Assembly: GCA_964480205.1 (NCBI GenBank)
Contig: CAYZPZ010000002.1
Span: forward strand, 1,658 to 30,079
Origin: an uncultured Conexibacteraceae bacterium
GTDB lineage: Bacteria; Actinomycetota; Thermoleophilia; Solirubrobacterales; 70-9
Reading direction: 5' to 3'
Length of the DNA: 28,422 nt
Both the position numbers and the translations under genes were made by a program. The notes under the pieces were generated by a model. It made no database searches. It saw only the letters and a list, made by a program, of their open reading frames with translations, and was not told where the DNA came from. This document shows, in pieces, positions 5,637-15,700 of this stretch (positions are counted from its first letter, which is position 1; every line of letters starts with the position of its first letter).

Positions 5637-6938
5637 ATGGAGAAGTTCGTAATCCAGGGCGGCACGCCGCTCTCAGGCGAGATCGTGCCCGCCGGGAACA
5701 AGAACGCGGCCCTGCCGATCCTCGCCGCCTGCCTGCTCACCCCAGAGGAGCTGCGGATCTCCAACGTGCCGCGAATCCGCGACGTCGGCTCCATGCTCGC
5801 CCTGCTCGAGGGCCTCGGCGTCAAGGTGGAGTGGACCGGCGAGCACGAGGTCAGTCTGCGGGCCGACTCATTGACCAGCCAAGAGGTCGACGAGGAGCCC
5901 GCCAGCCGCATCCGCGCCTCGTTCCTGGCGGCGGGCCCTCTCTTGGCCCGCTTCGGCGAGGCCAAAATGCCCCCACCCGGAGGCGACACGATCGGCCGCC
6001 GCCGTCTGGACGCCCACCTCGACGCCTTCCGCGATCTCGGCGCGAAGGTCGGCGGCGGGGTCTGGATCGAGCTCTCCGGCCCGCCCAGCGGGCTGAAGGC
6101 GACCCGGATCTTCATGGACGAACCCTCGGTGATGGGGACCGAGAACGCCCTGCTGGCCGCGGCGCTGACGCCCGGCCCGACCACGATCGCCAACGCCGCC
6201 TCCGAGCCTCACGTCCAGGAGCTGGCGCGGCTGCTATGCAAGATGGGGGCCGAGGTGGAGGGGATCGGATCCAACGTGATGACCGTGCACGGCCGCGATC
6301 GGCTCGGCGGCGCCGAGCACCGGATCTGTCCCGACCACATCGAGATCGCGAGCTTCATGGCGCTGGCCGCGGCCACCGGTGGCGAGCTGCGGATCCGCGA
6401 CGCGGTCCCCGAGGACTTGGAGGGGATCCGCCGCCAGTTCCGCCGCCTCGGGCTGCAGTCGATGGTGGAGGGCCGCGACGTGCTGGTGCCGCCGGAGCAG
6501 AAGCTGACCATCCGCGACGACCAGGGCGACGCTATCCCCAAGATCGACGATGGCCCCTGGCCGGCCTTTCCCGCGGATCTGACCTCGATCGCGCTGGCGC
6601 TGGCCACCCAGGCGGACGGCACGATCCTGATCTTCGAGAAGATGTTCGAGAACCGCCTCTTCTTCGTCGACAAGCTGGTGGCGATGGGCGCTCGGATCAC
6701 GCTGTGCGACCCTCACAGGGCGATCGTCAGCGGTCCGAGCCGTCTTCACGGCGCGCGCCTGGAGAGCCCGGACATCCGCGCCGGGATGGCGATGCTCATC
6801 GCGGCGCTCGCCGCTGACGGCACCTCGGAGATCGGCAACATCACGCAGATCGACCGCGGCTACGAGCGCATCGACCTGCGCCTGCGCGAGCTCGGCGCGA
6901 GGATCGATCGCGCTGCCACCGAGAAGGTCCCCGCCTAG
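5637..6938 (+). CDS. murA: UDP-N-acetylglucosamine 1-carboxyvinyltransferase
   Basis: AGNKNAALPIL, IRASFL, PGGDTIGRR, ASEPHV, PAFPADL, MFENR, SPDIRAG, IDRGYE. Confidence 0.96.
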   Translation: MEKFVIQGGTPLSGEIVPAGNKNAALPILAACLLTPEELRISNVPRIRDVGSMLALLEGLGVKVEWTGEHEVSLRADSLTSQEVDEEPASRIRASFLAAGPLLARFGEAKMPPPGGDTIGRRRLDAHLDAFRDLGAKVGGGVWIELSGPPSGLKATRIFMDEPSVMGTENALLAAALTPGPTTIANAASEPHVQELARLLCKMGAEVEGIGSNVMTVHGRDRLGGAEHRICPDHIEIASFMALAAATGGELRIRDAVPEDLEGIRRQFRRLGLQSMVEGRDVLVPPEQKLTIRDDQGDAIPKIDDGPWPAFPADLTSIALALATQADGTILIFEKMFENRLFFVDKLVAMGARITLCDPHRAIVSGPSRLHGARLESPDIRAGMAMLIAALAADGTSEIGNITQIDRGYERIDLRLRELGARIDRAATEKVPA

Positions 6939-6986
6939 CAACCGTCGTCGCAGGGCGCCCGCGCCGGCCGCTCTAAGGTGGCCGAC

Positions 6987-8003
6987 GTGAAGATCCACCC
7001 GATTCCACCGGGAACCCGGGACATCCTCCCGGACGAGATGCGCGAGCTGCGCGCCTTGCAGGCGAGCCTCGAGGAGGTCTTCGAGCGCTACGGCTACGGC
7101 CAGGTGGCCACGCCCACCCTCGAGTACGACGAGGTGCTGAAGCTGGGGGAGGGGCGCAGCGCGATGGGCGCCTATCGATTCTTCGACGAGCGCGGCGACC
7201 TGCTCGCGCTGCGGTCGGACATGACGATTCCGATCGCCCGGCTGGCCGCCAGCCGCTTCGCCGACGCCGACCCCCCGCTGCGCTTCTCCTACATGGGAAA
7301 CGCCTACCGCGCGGTGCGTCCCCAGCGCGCCCAGCTGCGCCAGTTCATGCACGCCGGGGTGGAGCTGCTCGGGGCCCCCGCCCCGGAGGGAACCGCCGAG
7401 GTGATCGAGGTGCTGAGCGCCTCGCTGGACGCGGTGGGGCTGAATCGCGCCGTGGTCGGCCTCGGCGACGCCGACCTCTACGCCCAGCTCCTCGCCGAGC
7501 TGGGGGTGGCCGGCGAGCGGCGTGATCGGATCATCGATCGACTCGCCAGCCACGATCTGGTCGGCCTGGAGATGGAGATCGAGGCGGTCGAGGAGCTGGA
7601 TCCCGGCGGGCGGGAAACGCTCCTGCGCCTGCCTGGCCTGCGGGGCGGTGCCGAGGTGCTCGATCGTGCCGGTGAGCTCGGCGGCGAGGCCCTCGAGCAC
7701 GCGGCGCAGCGCCTGCGCGCCACCTATGAGTCGCTGGTCGAACGCGGGGTCGCCGAGCGGGTGCGGCTCGACCTCGGCCTGCTGCGGGACCTCGGCTACT
7801 ACACCGGGGCGATCCTCGAGGTATACGACCCCGCCCTCGGCCACATCCTCGGCGGCGGGGGCCGCTATGACAACCTGCTCGGCCGCTTCGCCCGCCCGAT
7901 GCCGGCCGCGGGCTTCAGCCTCTATCTGGAGCGTGTCCACCTGGCCCAGATGGAGGAGGAGCGGGTCGCCTCCGAGGGCCTGGTGGAGGAGGGTGCGAAA
8001 TGA
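6987..8003 (+). CDS. hisZ: ATP phosphoribosyltransferase regulatory subunit
   Basis: PPGTRDILP, LRSDMTIPIAR, YYTG, GGGRYDNLL; precedes short HisG. GTG at 6987 is preferred over 6978 because TAAGGT sits 7 nt upstream. Confidence 0.92.
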   Translation: MKIHPIPPGTRDILPDEMRELRALQASLEEVFERYGYGQVATPTLEYDEVLKLGEGRSAMGAYRFFDERGDLLALRSDMTIPIARLAASRFADADPPLRFSYMGNAYRAVRPQRAQLRQFMHAGVELLGAPAPEGTAEVIEVLSASLDAVGLNRAVVGLGDADLYAQLLAELGVAGERRDRIIDRLASHDLVGLEMEIEAVEELDPGGRETLLRLPGLRGGAEVLDRAGELGGEALEHAAQRLRATYESLVERGVAERVRLDLGLLRDLGYYTGAILEVYDPALGHILGGGGRYDNLLGRFARPMPAAGFSLYLERVHLAQMEEERVASEGLVEEGAK

Positions 8004-8695
8004 GTCCCACCGTGGAGGGGGCGATCCGGACCAGGCTCGGTGGCTCGCTGAAGCTGGCGATCCCGCGCGGGGCCCTCTGGGAGCCCACCCTCGACGCGCT
8101 AGACGCGATCGGGGTGGATACCGCCCAGCCGCGCGGCGACTCCCGCGCGCTCGTCTTCCAGACCGCCAACGGCTCGGGCGAGCTGACCCTGGTCACCATG
8201 CGCCCCTCCGACGTGCCCACCTACGTCGAGGCGGGCGCCGCGGATCTGGGCATCACCGGCAAGGACGTGCTGCTGGAGCACTCGGACCGGATCGTGTACG
8301 AGATCCTCGACCTGACCTACGGCGCCTGCCGCATGGTCCTGGCCGGGCGCAAGGGAGACGCAAGCCTCGGCGAGTCGGAGCGGCGGCTGGGCGCGATGAG
8401 GATCGCCACCAAGTACCCCAGGATCGCCGAGCGCCACTTCGAGCGGACCGGTCGCCAGGCCGAGGTGGTCGAGGTCAAGGGCTCGGTGGAGCTGGCGCCG
8501 CTGGTGGGGCTGGCCGATGGAATCGTCGATCTGGTCGCGACCGGACGAACCCTGGAGGAGAACGGCCTGGAGGTGCGAGAGGAGATCGCCGGCTCCACCG
8601 CCCGGCTGGTCGCCAACCGCGTCTCGCACAAGCTCCGCGCCGAAGAGATCGATCGCCTGGTGGGGGCGCTGCGCTCGAACCGGGCGGGCCGATGA
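8000..8695 (+). CDS. hisG: ATP phosphoribosyltransferase, short form
   Basis: RPSDVPTYVEAGAADLGITGKDVLLE, IATKYP, GSVELAPLVGLADGIVDLVATGRTL; no C-terminal regulatory domain. Confidence 0.95.
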   Translation: MSPTVEGAIRTRLGGSLKLAIPRGALWEPTLDALDAIGVDTAQPRGDSRALVFQTANGSGELTLVTMRPSDVPTYVEAGAADLGITGKDVLLEHSDRIVYEILDLTYGACRMVLAGRKGDASLGESERRLGAMRIATKYPRIAERHFERTGRQAEVVEVKGSVELAPLVGLADGIVDLVATGRTLEENGLEVREEIAGSTARLVANRVSHKLRAEEIDRLVGALRSNRAGR

Positions 8696-8708
8696 GGCCG
8701 GAGCGGAG

Positions 8709-9989
8709 ATGAGGGTCACCCGATTCGACTGGGACGGGGGAGATCCCCGCTCCCTGGCCGGCGAGCTGCGGGCGCTGCAGCCGCCGCTGGAGGAAGTCGC
8801 CGACGCGGTCGCGGCGATCGTCGCCGACGTCGCTGACCGCGGCGACGCCGCGGTGCTGGAGGCGGAGCGCAGCTTCGGCGCCGCGGAGCCGGAGGCGCTG
8901 GCGCCCTCGGCGCAGGCCCTGCAGTCGGCGGCCGAGCGGATTCCGGTGGAGCTGCGCCATGCCCTGGAGCTGGCGGCCGAGAACATCCGGCGCGTCTCCG
9001 CGGCCGAGGGGAAGGCCGACGTGAGGGTGACCCTGCGCCAGGAGCACTCCGTGCGGCTGCGCAGCGTGGCGGTCGGGGTCGCGGGGGCCTACGTGCCCGG
9101 CGGCGGCGGAGCCTATCCCTCGACGGCGCTGATGTGCTGCGTGCCGGCGCGGGTCGCGGGGGTGGAGCGGGTGGCGATTGCCACCCCGCCGGGGCCGGAC
9201 GGCCGCGTCCCCGATGCGGTCCTGGCGGCGGCGGCGATCGGCGGCGCGGACCGGCTCTACACGGCCGGGGGCGCCCAGGCCATCGCCGCGCTGGCGCTGG
9301 GCACCGAGAGCGTCGAGCCGGTCGACGTGGTGGTCGGCCCCGGCAACCGCTACGTGCAGGAGGCCAAGCGCCAGCTCTTTGGCCGGGTGGGAATTGATGG
9401 GATCGCCGGGCCAAGCGAGCTGATGGTGATCTGTGACGACTCCGCCCCCTCGGAGTGGATAGCCCTCGACCTCTGTGCCCAGGCCGAGCACGGCGGCGAT
9501 GGCCTGCTCGCGGCGGCTGCCGCGGAGGACCGGCTGCTGGAGGCGCTCGAGGCCGAGGTCACCCGGCTGGCAGGCGAGCGCGAGAGCCTCCCCGATGCCC
9601 CGCTTGCCCTGGTCCGGGTCCCCTCGCTGGGGGCGGGGGTGGAGCTGGCCAACGCGCTCGCGCCAGAGCACCTTCAGATCGCCTGCGTGGGAAATGACGA
9701 ACTGTCCCTGCGGGCGCGCACTCCCGGCTGCGTCTTCATCGGCCCTCGCGCAGCCACCGCCTTCGGGGACTACGCGGCGGGGTCCAACCACGTCCTCCCC
9801 ACCGGGGGTACCGGCCGCTTCACCGGGCCGCTCGGGCCCAGCGTCTTCCGGCGCCGCATCGCCACCGTGAAGATCCCCGAGGACGCCGCCCGGGAGCTGG
9901 CGCCCTCTGTCGCTACATTGGCCCGCTCCGAGGGCTTTGAGCTCCACGCAGAGTCCGCCGAGATGCGAGGGCGCCCCGCGAATGAGTAG
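8709..9989 (+). CDS. hisD: Histidinol dehydrogenase
   Basis: GAYVPGG, GPGNRYV, IAGPSE, AQAEH, APEHL, GDYAAGSNHVLPTGG; start placed at the internal ATG at 8709. Confidence 0.95.
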   Translation: MRVTRFDWDGGDPRSLAGELRALQPPLEEVADAVAAIVADVADRGDAAVLEAERSFGAAEPEALAPSAQALQSAAERIPVELRHALELAAENIRRVSAAEGKADVRVTLRQEHSVRLRSVAVGVAGAYVPGGGGAYPSTALMCCVPARVAGVERVAIATPPGPDGRVPDAVLAAAAIGGADRLYTAGGAQAIAALALGTESVEPVDVVVGPGNRYVQEAKRQLFGRVGIDGIAGPSELMVICDDSAPSEWIALDLCAQAEHGGDGLLAAAAAEDRLLEALEAEVTRLAGERESLPDAPLALVRVPSLGAGVELANALAPEHLQIACVGNDELSLRARTPGCVFIGPRAATAFGDYAAGSNHVLPTGGTGRFTGPLGPSVFRRRIATVKIPEDAARELAPSVATLARSEGFELHAESAEMRGRPANE

Positions 9990-10572
9990 AACAGCCGAGA
10001 TCAGGCGCAGCACCAAGGAGACCGAGATCGTGCTCACCCTCTCGCTCGACGGCGGCGAGTCTCAGATCTCCACCGGGATCGGCTTCCTCGACCACATGCT
10101 CGAGCTGCTCGCTCGGCATGGCCGCCTTGCACTGGCGGTGGAGGCCAAGGGCGACCTGGAGACGGGCGCGCACCACACCACCGAGGACGTGGGGATCGTG
10201 CTCGGTCAGGCCCTGGACCAGGCGCTGGGCGACCGTGCGGGGATCCACCGCTACGGCTTCGCCACCGTGCCCATGGACGAGGCGCTGGCCGAGTGCGCGA
10301 TCGACATCTCCGGCAGGCCGCTGACCATCTACGAGGCGGAGCTGCCCGACGTCAGCATCGCCGGCTTCGACACCGAGCTCGCGGAGGAGTTCTTCCGCGC
10401 GATCGCAAACAACGCCAAGCTCACCCTGCATGTTCGGGTTCGCCACGGCTCCAACGCCCACCACATGATCGAGGCCGCCTTCAAGGCGTTCGCCCGGGCC
10501 CTGCGCGAGGCGGTCTCCCTCGATCCGGGCGAGAGCGGCGTGCCCTCGACCAAGGGGACCCTGACGCAGTGA
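9982..10572 (+). CDS. hisB: Imidazoleglycerol-phosphate dehydratase
   Basis: RSTKET, TGIGFLDHML, HHTTEDVG, PMDEAL, NAHHMIEA, PSTKG; start ATG at 9982. Confidence 0.96.
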   Translation: MSRTAEIRRSTKETEIVLTLSLDGGESQISTGIGFLDHMLELLARHGRLALAVEAKGDLETGAHHTTEDVGIVLGQALDQALGDRAGIHRYGFATVPMDEALAECAIDISGRPLTIYEAELPDVSIAGFDTELAEEFFRAIANNAKLTLHVRVRHGSNAHHMIEAAFKAFARALREAVSLDPGESGVPSTKGTLTQ

Positions 10573-11192
10573 TGAGGATTGCGATCCTCGACTACGGGAT
10601 GGGCAACCTGCGCTCGGTGGAGAAGGCGCTCGAACGGATCGGTGCCGCCCCAGAGATCAGCGCCGAAGCCGGCGCCGCGGCCGACGCTGACGGCGTCATC
10701 CTGCCCGGCGTCGGTGCCTTCCCGAAGGCGATGGAGCGAGTCCGCGAGGCCGGCTTCGACGAGCTGCTCGCCCGCCGCATCGAGGCGAACCGCCCTGTGC
10801 TCGGGATCTGCCTGGGCATGCAGCTTCTGTTCGAAGGCTCCAGCGAGAACCAGGGCGCCACGGGCCTGGGGCTGATCCAGGGACCGGTCGGCCCGCTGGA
10901 GGCCAACGGCTACAAGGTGCCGCACATCGGCTGGTCCCCGGTCAACTGGGAGCGATCCTCGCGCCTGGCGGAGGGGCTCAAGCCCGACGAGCCCTTCTAC
11001 TTCGTGCACTCGTTCGCGCCGCGGCCGGCGGACGCCCGGGACGTACTCGGGACCGCCGCCTACGGCGAGCGGTTCGCCTGCGCGATCGAGCGTCCGCCCC
11101 TCTACGGCGCCCAGTTCCACCCGGAGAAGTCCAGCGCGGCGGGGCTGCGCCTGCTGCGCAACTTCGCCGAGATCTGCGCGTCGCCGGCTTGA
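10572..11192 (+). CDS. hisH: IGP synthase glutamine amidotransferase subunit
   Basis: DYGMGNLRSV, LPGVGAF, GICLGMQ, VPHIGW, YFVHS, QFHPEKS; TGATG coupling to hisB. Confidence 0.96.
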   Translation: MRIAILDYGMGNLRSVEKALERIGAAPEISAEAGAAADADGVILPGVGAFPKAMERVREAGFDELLARRIEANRPVLGICLGMQLLFEGSSENQGATGLGLIQGPVGPLEANGYKVPHIGWSPVNWERSSRLAEGLKPDEPFYFVHSFAPRPADARDVLGTAAYGERFACAIERPPLYGAQFHPEKSSAAGLRLLRNFAEICASPA

Positions 11193-11218
11193 CGCGGCGA
11201 TCGGAGGGGTAACGGGCC

Positions 11219-11944
11219 TTGATCCTCTATCCCGCGATCGACATCCTCGACGGCCGCACGGTGCGCCTGGCCCAGGGCGACTACGAGCGATCGACCTCCT
11301 ACGAGGAGGACCCGGTGGCCGCCGCCCGCCGCTGGGAGGCGGACGGGGCGCGCTGGCTTCACGTGGTCGACCTCGACGGCGCCCGTGAGGGGGGGCCGCG
11401 CAACCTCGACCAGGTGCGTCGAATCGTCGCCGCAGTCGGCGCCCCGATCCAGCTGGGAGGGGGCCTGCGCGACTCCAAGCGCGTGGAGGAGGCGATCTCC
11501 GCCGGGGTGGAGCGCGTGGTGCTCGGCACCACGGCCGCCCGCGATCCCGACGTGGCCGAGGCGATCGCCGCCGCCCATCCCGAACGGGTCCTTGTCTCCG
11601 TGGACGCGCGGCAGGGGAGGGTCGCCGCCCAGGGCTGGACCGAGCGCTCGCGAATGACGCCCAGCGAGCTGATCACCGAGCTTGCGGACCGCGGGGTCCG
11701 CCGGTTCATCTACACCCCGGTGGAGGTCGACGGGCTGATGCAGGGCCCCGACCTCGACTCGCTGCGCCCGCTGGCGGAGGCCACCGAGGCAGAGTTGATC
11801 TACTCGGGCGGGGTGGGCTCGCTGGAGGACCTGCGCGCGCTTGCGGACCTGGGGCTCCCGAACGTGGGCGGCGTGATCGTGGGCAGGGCGCTGTACGAGG
11901 GCCGCTTCAGCGTCGCGGAGGCGATCGGCGCGCTCGGCGGCTGA
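11219..11944 (+). CDS. hisA: ProFAR isomerase
   Basis: LYPAIDI, HVVDLDGA, QLGGGLR, DGLMQGP, SGGVGS, GRALYEG; TTG start with GGAGGG SD. Confidence 0.93.
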   Translation: MILYPAIDILDGRTVRLAQGDYERSTSYEEDPVAAARRWEADGARWLHVVDLDGAREGGPRNLDQVRRIVAAVGAPIQLGGGLRDSKRVEEAISAGVERVVLGTTAARDPDVAEAIAAAHPERVLVSVDARQGRVAAQGWTERSRMTPSELITELADRGVRRFIYTPVEVDGLMQGPDLDSLRPLAEATEAELIYSGGVGSLEDLRALADLGLPNVGGVIVGRALYEGRFSVAEAIGALGG

Positions 11945-11964
11945 CCGGGGGATAGATTCCCGCC

Positions 11965-12327
11965 ATGCGGAGGCTGTTCGGTCCGTTCTTCGTGTTTGCC
12001 GGAGTCATGCACTTCGTCAAGCCGCGCGCCTATGAGCGGATCATGCCGCCGCGATTGCCGCATCCCCGGGAGCTGGTCTACGCGAGCGGCGTCGCCGAGA
12101 TCGCGGGCGGACTGGCCACCATGCATCCGGCAACCCGGAGGGCGGGCAGCGTCTGGAGCATCGCCACCCTGCTGGCGGTATTCCCCGCGAACCTCCACAT
12201 GGCGCTCGAGGCCGAGCGCTTCGAGAAGGCGGTGCCAGGCGGCAGGCCGGCGCTGTGGGCACGGCTGCCGGTGCAGGCCCTGTTCATCGCCTGGGCATAC
12301 GCGGCGGGCGACTGGGACGACTCCTAG
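11965..12327 (+). CDS. DoxX-like small membrane protein
   Basis: FVFAGVMHF...MPP...VYASGVAEIAGG...VFPANLHMA; TAGATT 6 nt upstream of the ATG. Confidence 0.85.
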   Translation: MRRLFGPFFVFAGVMHFVKPRAYERIMPPRLPHPRELVYASGVAEIAGGLATMHPATRRAGSVWSIATLLAVFPANLHMALEAERFEKAVPGGRPALWARLPVQALFIAWAYAAGDWDDS

Positions 12328-12346
12328 CCGCGGCTAGCCTGTACCA

Positions 12347-13126
12347 ATGGTGCTGAAGCGCGTCATCCCCTGCCTGGACGTGGACCGCGGCCGGGTGGTG
12401 AAGGGGACCAACTTCATCGACATTCGTGACGCCGGCGACCCGGTGGAGCTCGCGGCCCGCTACGACGCCGAGGGCGCCGACGAGCTCGTCTTCCTCGACA
12501 TCACCGCTTCGCACGAGAGCCGCGAGACGATTGTCGAGCTGGCCCGCCGCACCGCCGAGGACGTCTTCATTCCGTTCACGATCGGGGGCGGGGTCCGCTC
12601 GGTCGAGGATGCCCAGGCGGTGCTCGACGCCGGTGCCGACAAGGTCTCGGTCAACTCGGCCGCGCTGCGCCGCCCGGAGCTGCTTGGGGAACTGGCCGAG
12701 GTGTTCGGCTCCCAGTGCGTGGTGATCGCGATCGACGCTCGACGCGAGGATGCTGGCTGGGGCGTGTACGCGAACGGCGGCCGCGTTCCGGTCGGCCGCG
12801 AGGCGGTGGAGTGGGCGCGCGAGGCGACCGAGCGCGGAGCGGGGGAGGTCTTGCTGACCAGCATGGACCGCGACGGGACCACCGAGGGCTACGAGCTGGA
12901 GCTGACCCGGGCGGTCGCCGATGCGGTCGACGTTCCCGTGATCGCCTCGGGTGGGGCGGGCGAGCCCGATCACCTCGTCGAGGCGATCAAGGACGGGCAC
13001 GCGGACGCGGTGCTCTGCGCCTCGATCTTCCACTACGGCACCCATACCCTGGGGGAGGCGAAGCGGCGGATGAGCGAGGCGGGGATCCCTGTGCGGCTGG
13101 CCGAGGCCGCCGCGCCCGTCGACTAG
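12347..13126 (+). CDS. hisF: IGP synthase cyclase subunit
   Basis: [58 protein letters not shown]. Confidence 0.97.
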   Translation: MVLKRVIPCLDVDRGRVVKGTNFIDIRDAGDPVELAARYDAEGADELVFLDITASHESRETIVELARRTAEDVFIPFTIGGGVRSVEDAQAVLDAGADKVSVNSAALRRPELLGELAEVFGSQCVVIAIDARREDAGWGVYANGGRVPVGREAVEWAREATERGAGEVLLTSMDRDGTTEGYELELTRAVADAVDVPVIASGGAGEPDHLVEAIKDGHADAVLCASIFHYGTHTLGEAKRRMSEAGIPVRLAEAAAPVD

Positions 13127-14403
13127 CCCTGCTGGGCCTGCCCGCCGGCGCCCTGCGCCCTGCGCTTTTTCTCCTGCTGGGTCAGCGGCCGCAGCGCGTA
13201 AAGCCACTTGACGCCGGTGAGGTAGATGAAGGTTCCGTCGGAGATCACCGGGTTGTAGGCGCCGTCCTTGAAGGTCCAGACCACGTCGCCGTCCTTGGCC
13301 GAGAGCGCGAAGGTGCGCGTCGTCTTCAGCTCGCCGACGTAGACCGTGTCGCCGACCAGGGTGGGGGCGCCGGAGATGTGGGTACCGATGTCACGCTGCC
13401 AGCGGGTGCTGCCGCTGCGGGCGTCCAGCGCATAGAAGTTCCCGTCGTAGGAGCCGAAGTAGACGGTCGGGCGGGTTTTCGACGTGTCGGCGGCGATGGC
13501 CGCCCCGTAGACGTAGCCGCCGGTGGACTTGCTCCAGGCGAGCTTGCCCGTCTCCTTCTCGAAGCTGTACATGCGCCCGTCCAGGCTGCCGACGTAGACG
13601 CGGCCGAAGGCGACCGCCGCGGTCGCGTAGATGCGGCCGGTGCGGCCGAAGGCGCCGCCGGAGGTCCCGGTCTGCCACTTGACCGAACCGTCCTGGAGGC
13701 GAACCGCCGAGAGCTGTCCGCCGTAGTCGCCGACGTAGATGATCCCCTGATCGATCGCGGGCGCGGCCTTGATCTGCCCGCCCAGGTCGCGCTCCCAGAC
13801 GGGCTTGCCGGTCTTCACGTCGAACGCGTACAGGACCCCGCACTCGCAGCCGACGATCACCTTGCCGTCGGCGATCGCGGGCGAGGACTCGCTGCGCCCG
13901 GGCAGGTCGCGCTTCCAGCGAACCTTGCCGAACTTGTCCAGAGCGACGACGCTGCCCGGCTCGAGGGTGGGGGCGACGATTCGCTCCTCACCGACCGCGG
14001 GCGAGGCGGCGATCAGCTCGCCGATCTTGCGCTCCCATCGCTTCTTGCCCTTGTCCGCGTTGATCGCGAAGAGCGTCCCGTTCTTGTTGGTGAGGTAGAG
14101 CGTGCGATTGAGCAGGACCGGGGAGAACTCGAGCAGCGTGCGCCCCTTGAACGGCCAGCGAATCTTGAAGGGGGGCTGCAGGTCGGCCTCGAGGTGTCGG
14201 GTGCGCTCGTTGGTCAGCCCGTAGGTCGGCCAGTTGCCGAAGGTGGGTTCCTCCACGTCCTCCTGCACGAAGACCGCGTCCTCGTTGGTGACGTCGCCGG
14301 GCCGCTCCGCGAAGAGCTTGTAGACCCCGAACCCGGCCAGCAGCAGGACCGCCGCGGTCGCGGCGAGGAGCAGCGCTCGATGTTCCTTCCAAAGGGTCTT
14401 CAT
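13123..14403 (-). CDS. Membrane-anchored PQQ-repeat beta-propeller protein
   Basis: N-terminal TM segment, then repeated (A/S)P...VYVG..dG.lYAld..tG...W units. Confidence 0.88.
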   Translation of the reverse strand: MKTLWKEHRALLLAATAAVLLLAGFGVYKLFAERPGDVTNEDAVFVQEDVEEPTFGNWPTYGLTNERTRHLEADLQPPFKIRWPFKGRTLLEFSPVLLNRTLYLTNKNGTLFAINADKGKKRWERKIGELIAASPAVGEERIVAPTLEPGSVVALDKFGKVRWKRDLPGRSESSPAIADGKVIVGCECGVLYAFDVKTGKPVWERDLGGQIKAAPAIDQGIIYVGDYGGQLSAVRLQDGSVKWQTGTSGGAFGRTGRIYATAAVAFGRVYVGSLDGRMYSFEKETGKLAWSKSTGGYVYGAAIAADTSKTRPTVYFGSYDGNFYALDARSGSTRWQRDIGTHISGAPTLVGDTVYVGELKTTRTFALSAKDGDVVWTFKDGAYNPVISDGTFIYLTGVKWLYALRPLTQQEKKRRAQGAGGQAQQG

Positions 14404-14448
14404 CTGTCCCGCAATCTTGGATCCGGCTGCGCAGCTCTGGGTTCGCGT

Positions 14449-14509
14449 TTCAGGAGGGTCCCCCTGCCAGAAAGCCGTCGCGGGGACCCCATGGTAGGAA
14501 ACCCCTGAA
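14449..14509. repeat. Nested inverted-repeat element in the divergent PQQ/cca intergenic region
   Basis: TTCAGG(14449-54)/CCTGAA(14504-09) encloses GGGTCCCC(14456-63)/GGGGACCC(14482-89) and a small GGT-AGGAA-ACC stem. Confidence 0.55.
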
Positions 14510-14522
14510 GGAACCCCTAAAG

Positions 14523-15662
14523 GTGGCCGGATTTCCGGAGATAGACCCAGAGCGCCTACCCGATCGGCTCCGCGCCAACCCCGGGCTGCAGACCGTGCGC
14601 GAAGCGGCCGCGGGGCTGCCCGTCTACGTGGTTGGAGGCGTCGTCCGGGACCTGCTGATCGGCGAGCGGCGGTCCGACCTGGACCTGGTGGTGGAGGGCG
14701 AGATCGGCCCGCTCGCCGAGAGGCTGGGTGGGGAGCTGGTCGAGCACGAGCGGTTCCGCACGGCGACCGTCAGCCTGCCCTCGGGCCAGGTCGACATCGC
14801 CCAGGCCAGGGCTGAGAGCTATCCGCGGCCGGGCGCCCTGCCCGAAGTGAGGCCGGCCACGATCGCGGACGACCTCGCGCGCCGGGACTTCACGATCAAC
14901 GCGATGGCCGTGCCGCTGGCCGAGGGCGCCCTGCTGGACCCCCACGGCGGCGTCGACGATCTGCGCGCGGGGCTGCTCCGCATCCTCCACGCGGGCTCCT
15001 TTCGGGACGACCCGACCCGCGCCCTGCGCGCCGCCCGTTATGTGGCGCGCCTGGGCTTCGAGCTCGCGGCCGAAACCGAGGCGCGGCTCTCGGAGGCCGA
15101 TCTCAGCACCGTCTCGGAGGACCGCGTCACCTCGGAGCTGGCGCGGATCGCCGTGGAGCCCCAACCGAGCGCCGCCCTCGCACTGATCGAGCGCTGGCGC
15201 GTGCTCGAGCTGGGATTGGGCCCGCGGCTGGCGGCGGCGGTCGAGGGACTGCTCGAGCGCGACGCCGACTGGGCCGGTTACGCCGACCGCGACACGGCGA
15301 TCCTGCTCACAGTGGCGTCGGGTGATCACGCCAAGCGGCTGCGCGCTCGCGCCGCCAGGCTCGCTCAGCACGCCCGGCCCGGATCGCCCGCCGAGGTGCA
15401 GATCCTCGCCCACGACCATGTCCCCGAGGTCCTGGCGATCGCCCGCGCCGCGGGCGCCGATTGGCTCGACGACTACGTCGGCCGCCTGCGCCACGTCGAG
15501 CTGGAGATCTCCGGCTACGACCTGATCGAGGCGGGGGTGCCCGAGGGGCCGGCGATCGGCCGCGGGCTCAACGCCGCTCTGGCCGCCAAGCTCGACGGTG
15601 AGGCGTCCGGCCGCGAGCAGGAGCTTCGGATCGCCCTTGCCGCGGCAGAGCAGGGGAAGTGA
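14523..15662 (+). CDS. cca: Class II tRNA nucleotidyltransferase (CCA- or A-adding), without HD domain
   Basis: [42 protein letters not shown]-terminal SGYDL...GPAIG. Confidence 0.85.
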   Translation: MAGFPEIDPERLPDRLRANPGLQTVREAAAGLPVYVVGGVVRDLLIGERRSDLDLVVEGEIGPLAERLGGELVEHERFRTATVSLPSGQVDIAQARAESYPRPGALPEVRPATIADDLARRDFTINAMAVPLAEGALLDPHGGVDDLRAGLLRILHAGSFRDDPTRALRAARYVARLGFELAAETEARLSEADLSTVSEDRVTSELARIAVEPQPSAALALIERWRVLELGLGPRLAAAVEGLLERDADWAGYADRDTAILLTVASGDHAKRLRARAARLAQHARPGSPAEVQILAHDHVPEVLAIARAAGADWLDDYVGRLRHVELEISGYDLIEAGVPEGPAIGRGLNAALAAKLDGEASGREQELRIALAAAEQGK

Positions 15663-15700
15663 GACCGGTCTCGCAGCACGAGGCTCTAGCCTCGGGTCAG

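Noticed and set aside
11219-11944. Bifunctional PriA, or inactive HisA because of YTPVEVDG instead of TDIxxDG
   Set aside because: Both catalytic Asp positions (AID and DG) are present; TrpF activity cannot be inferred by eye.
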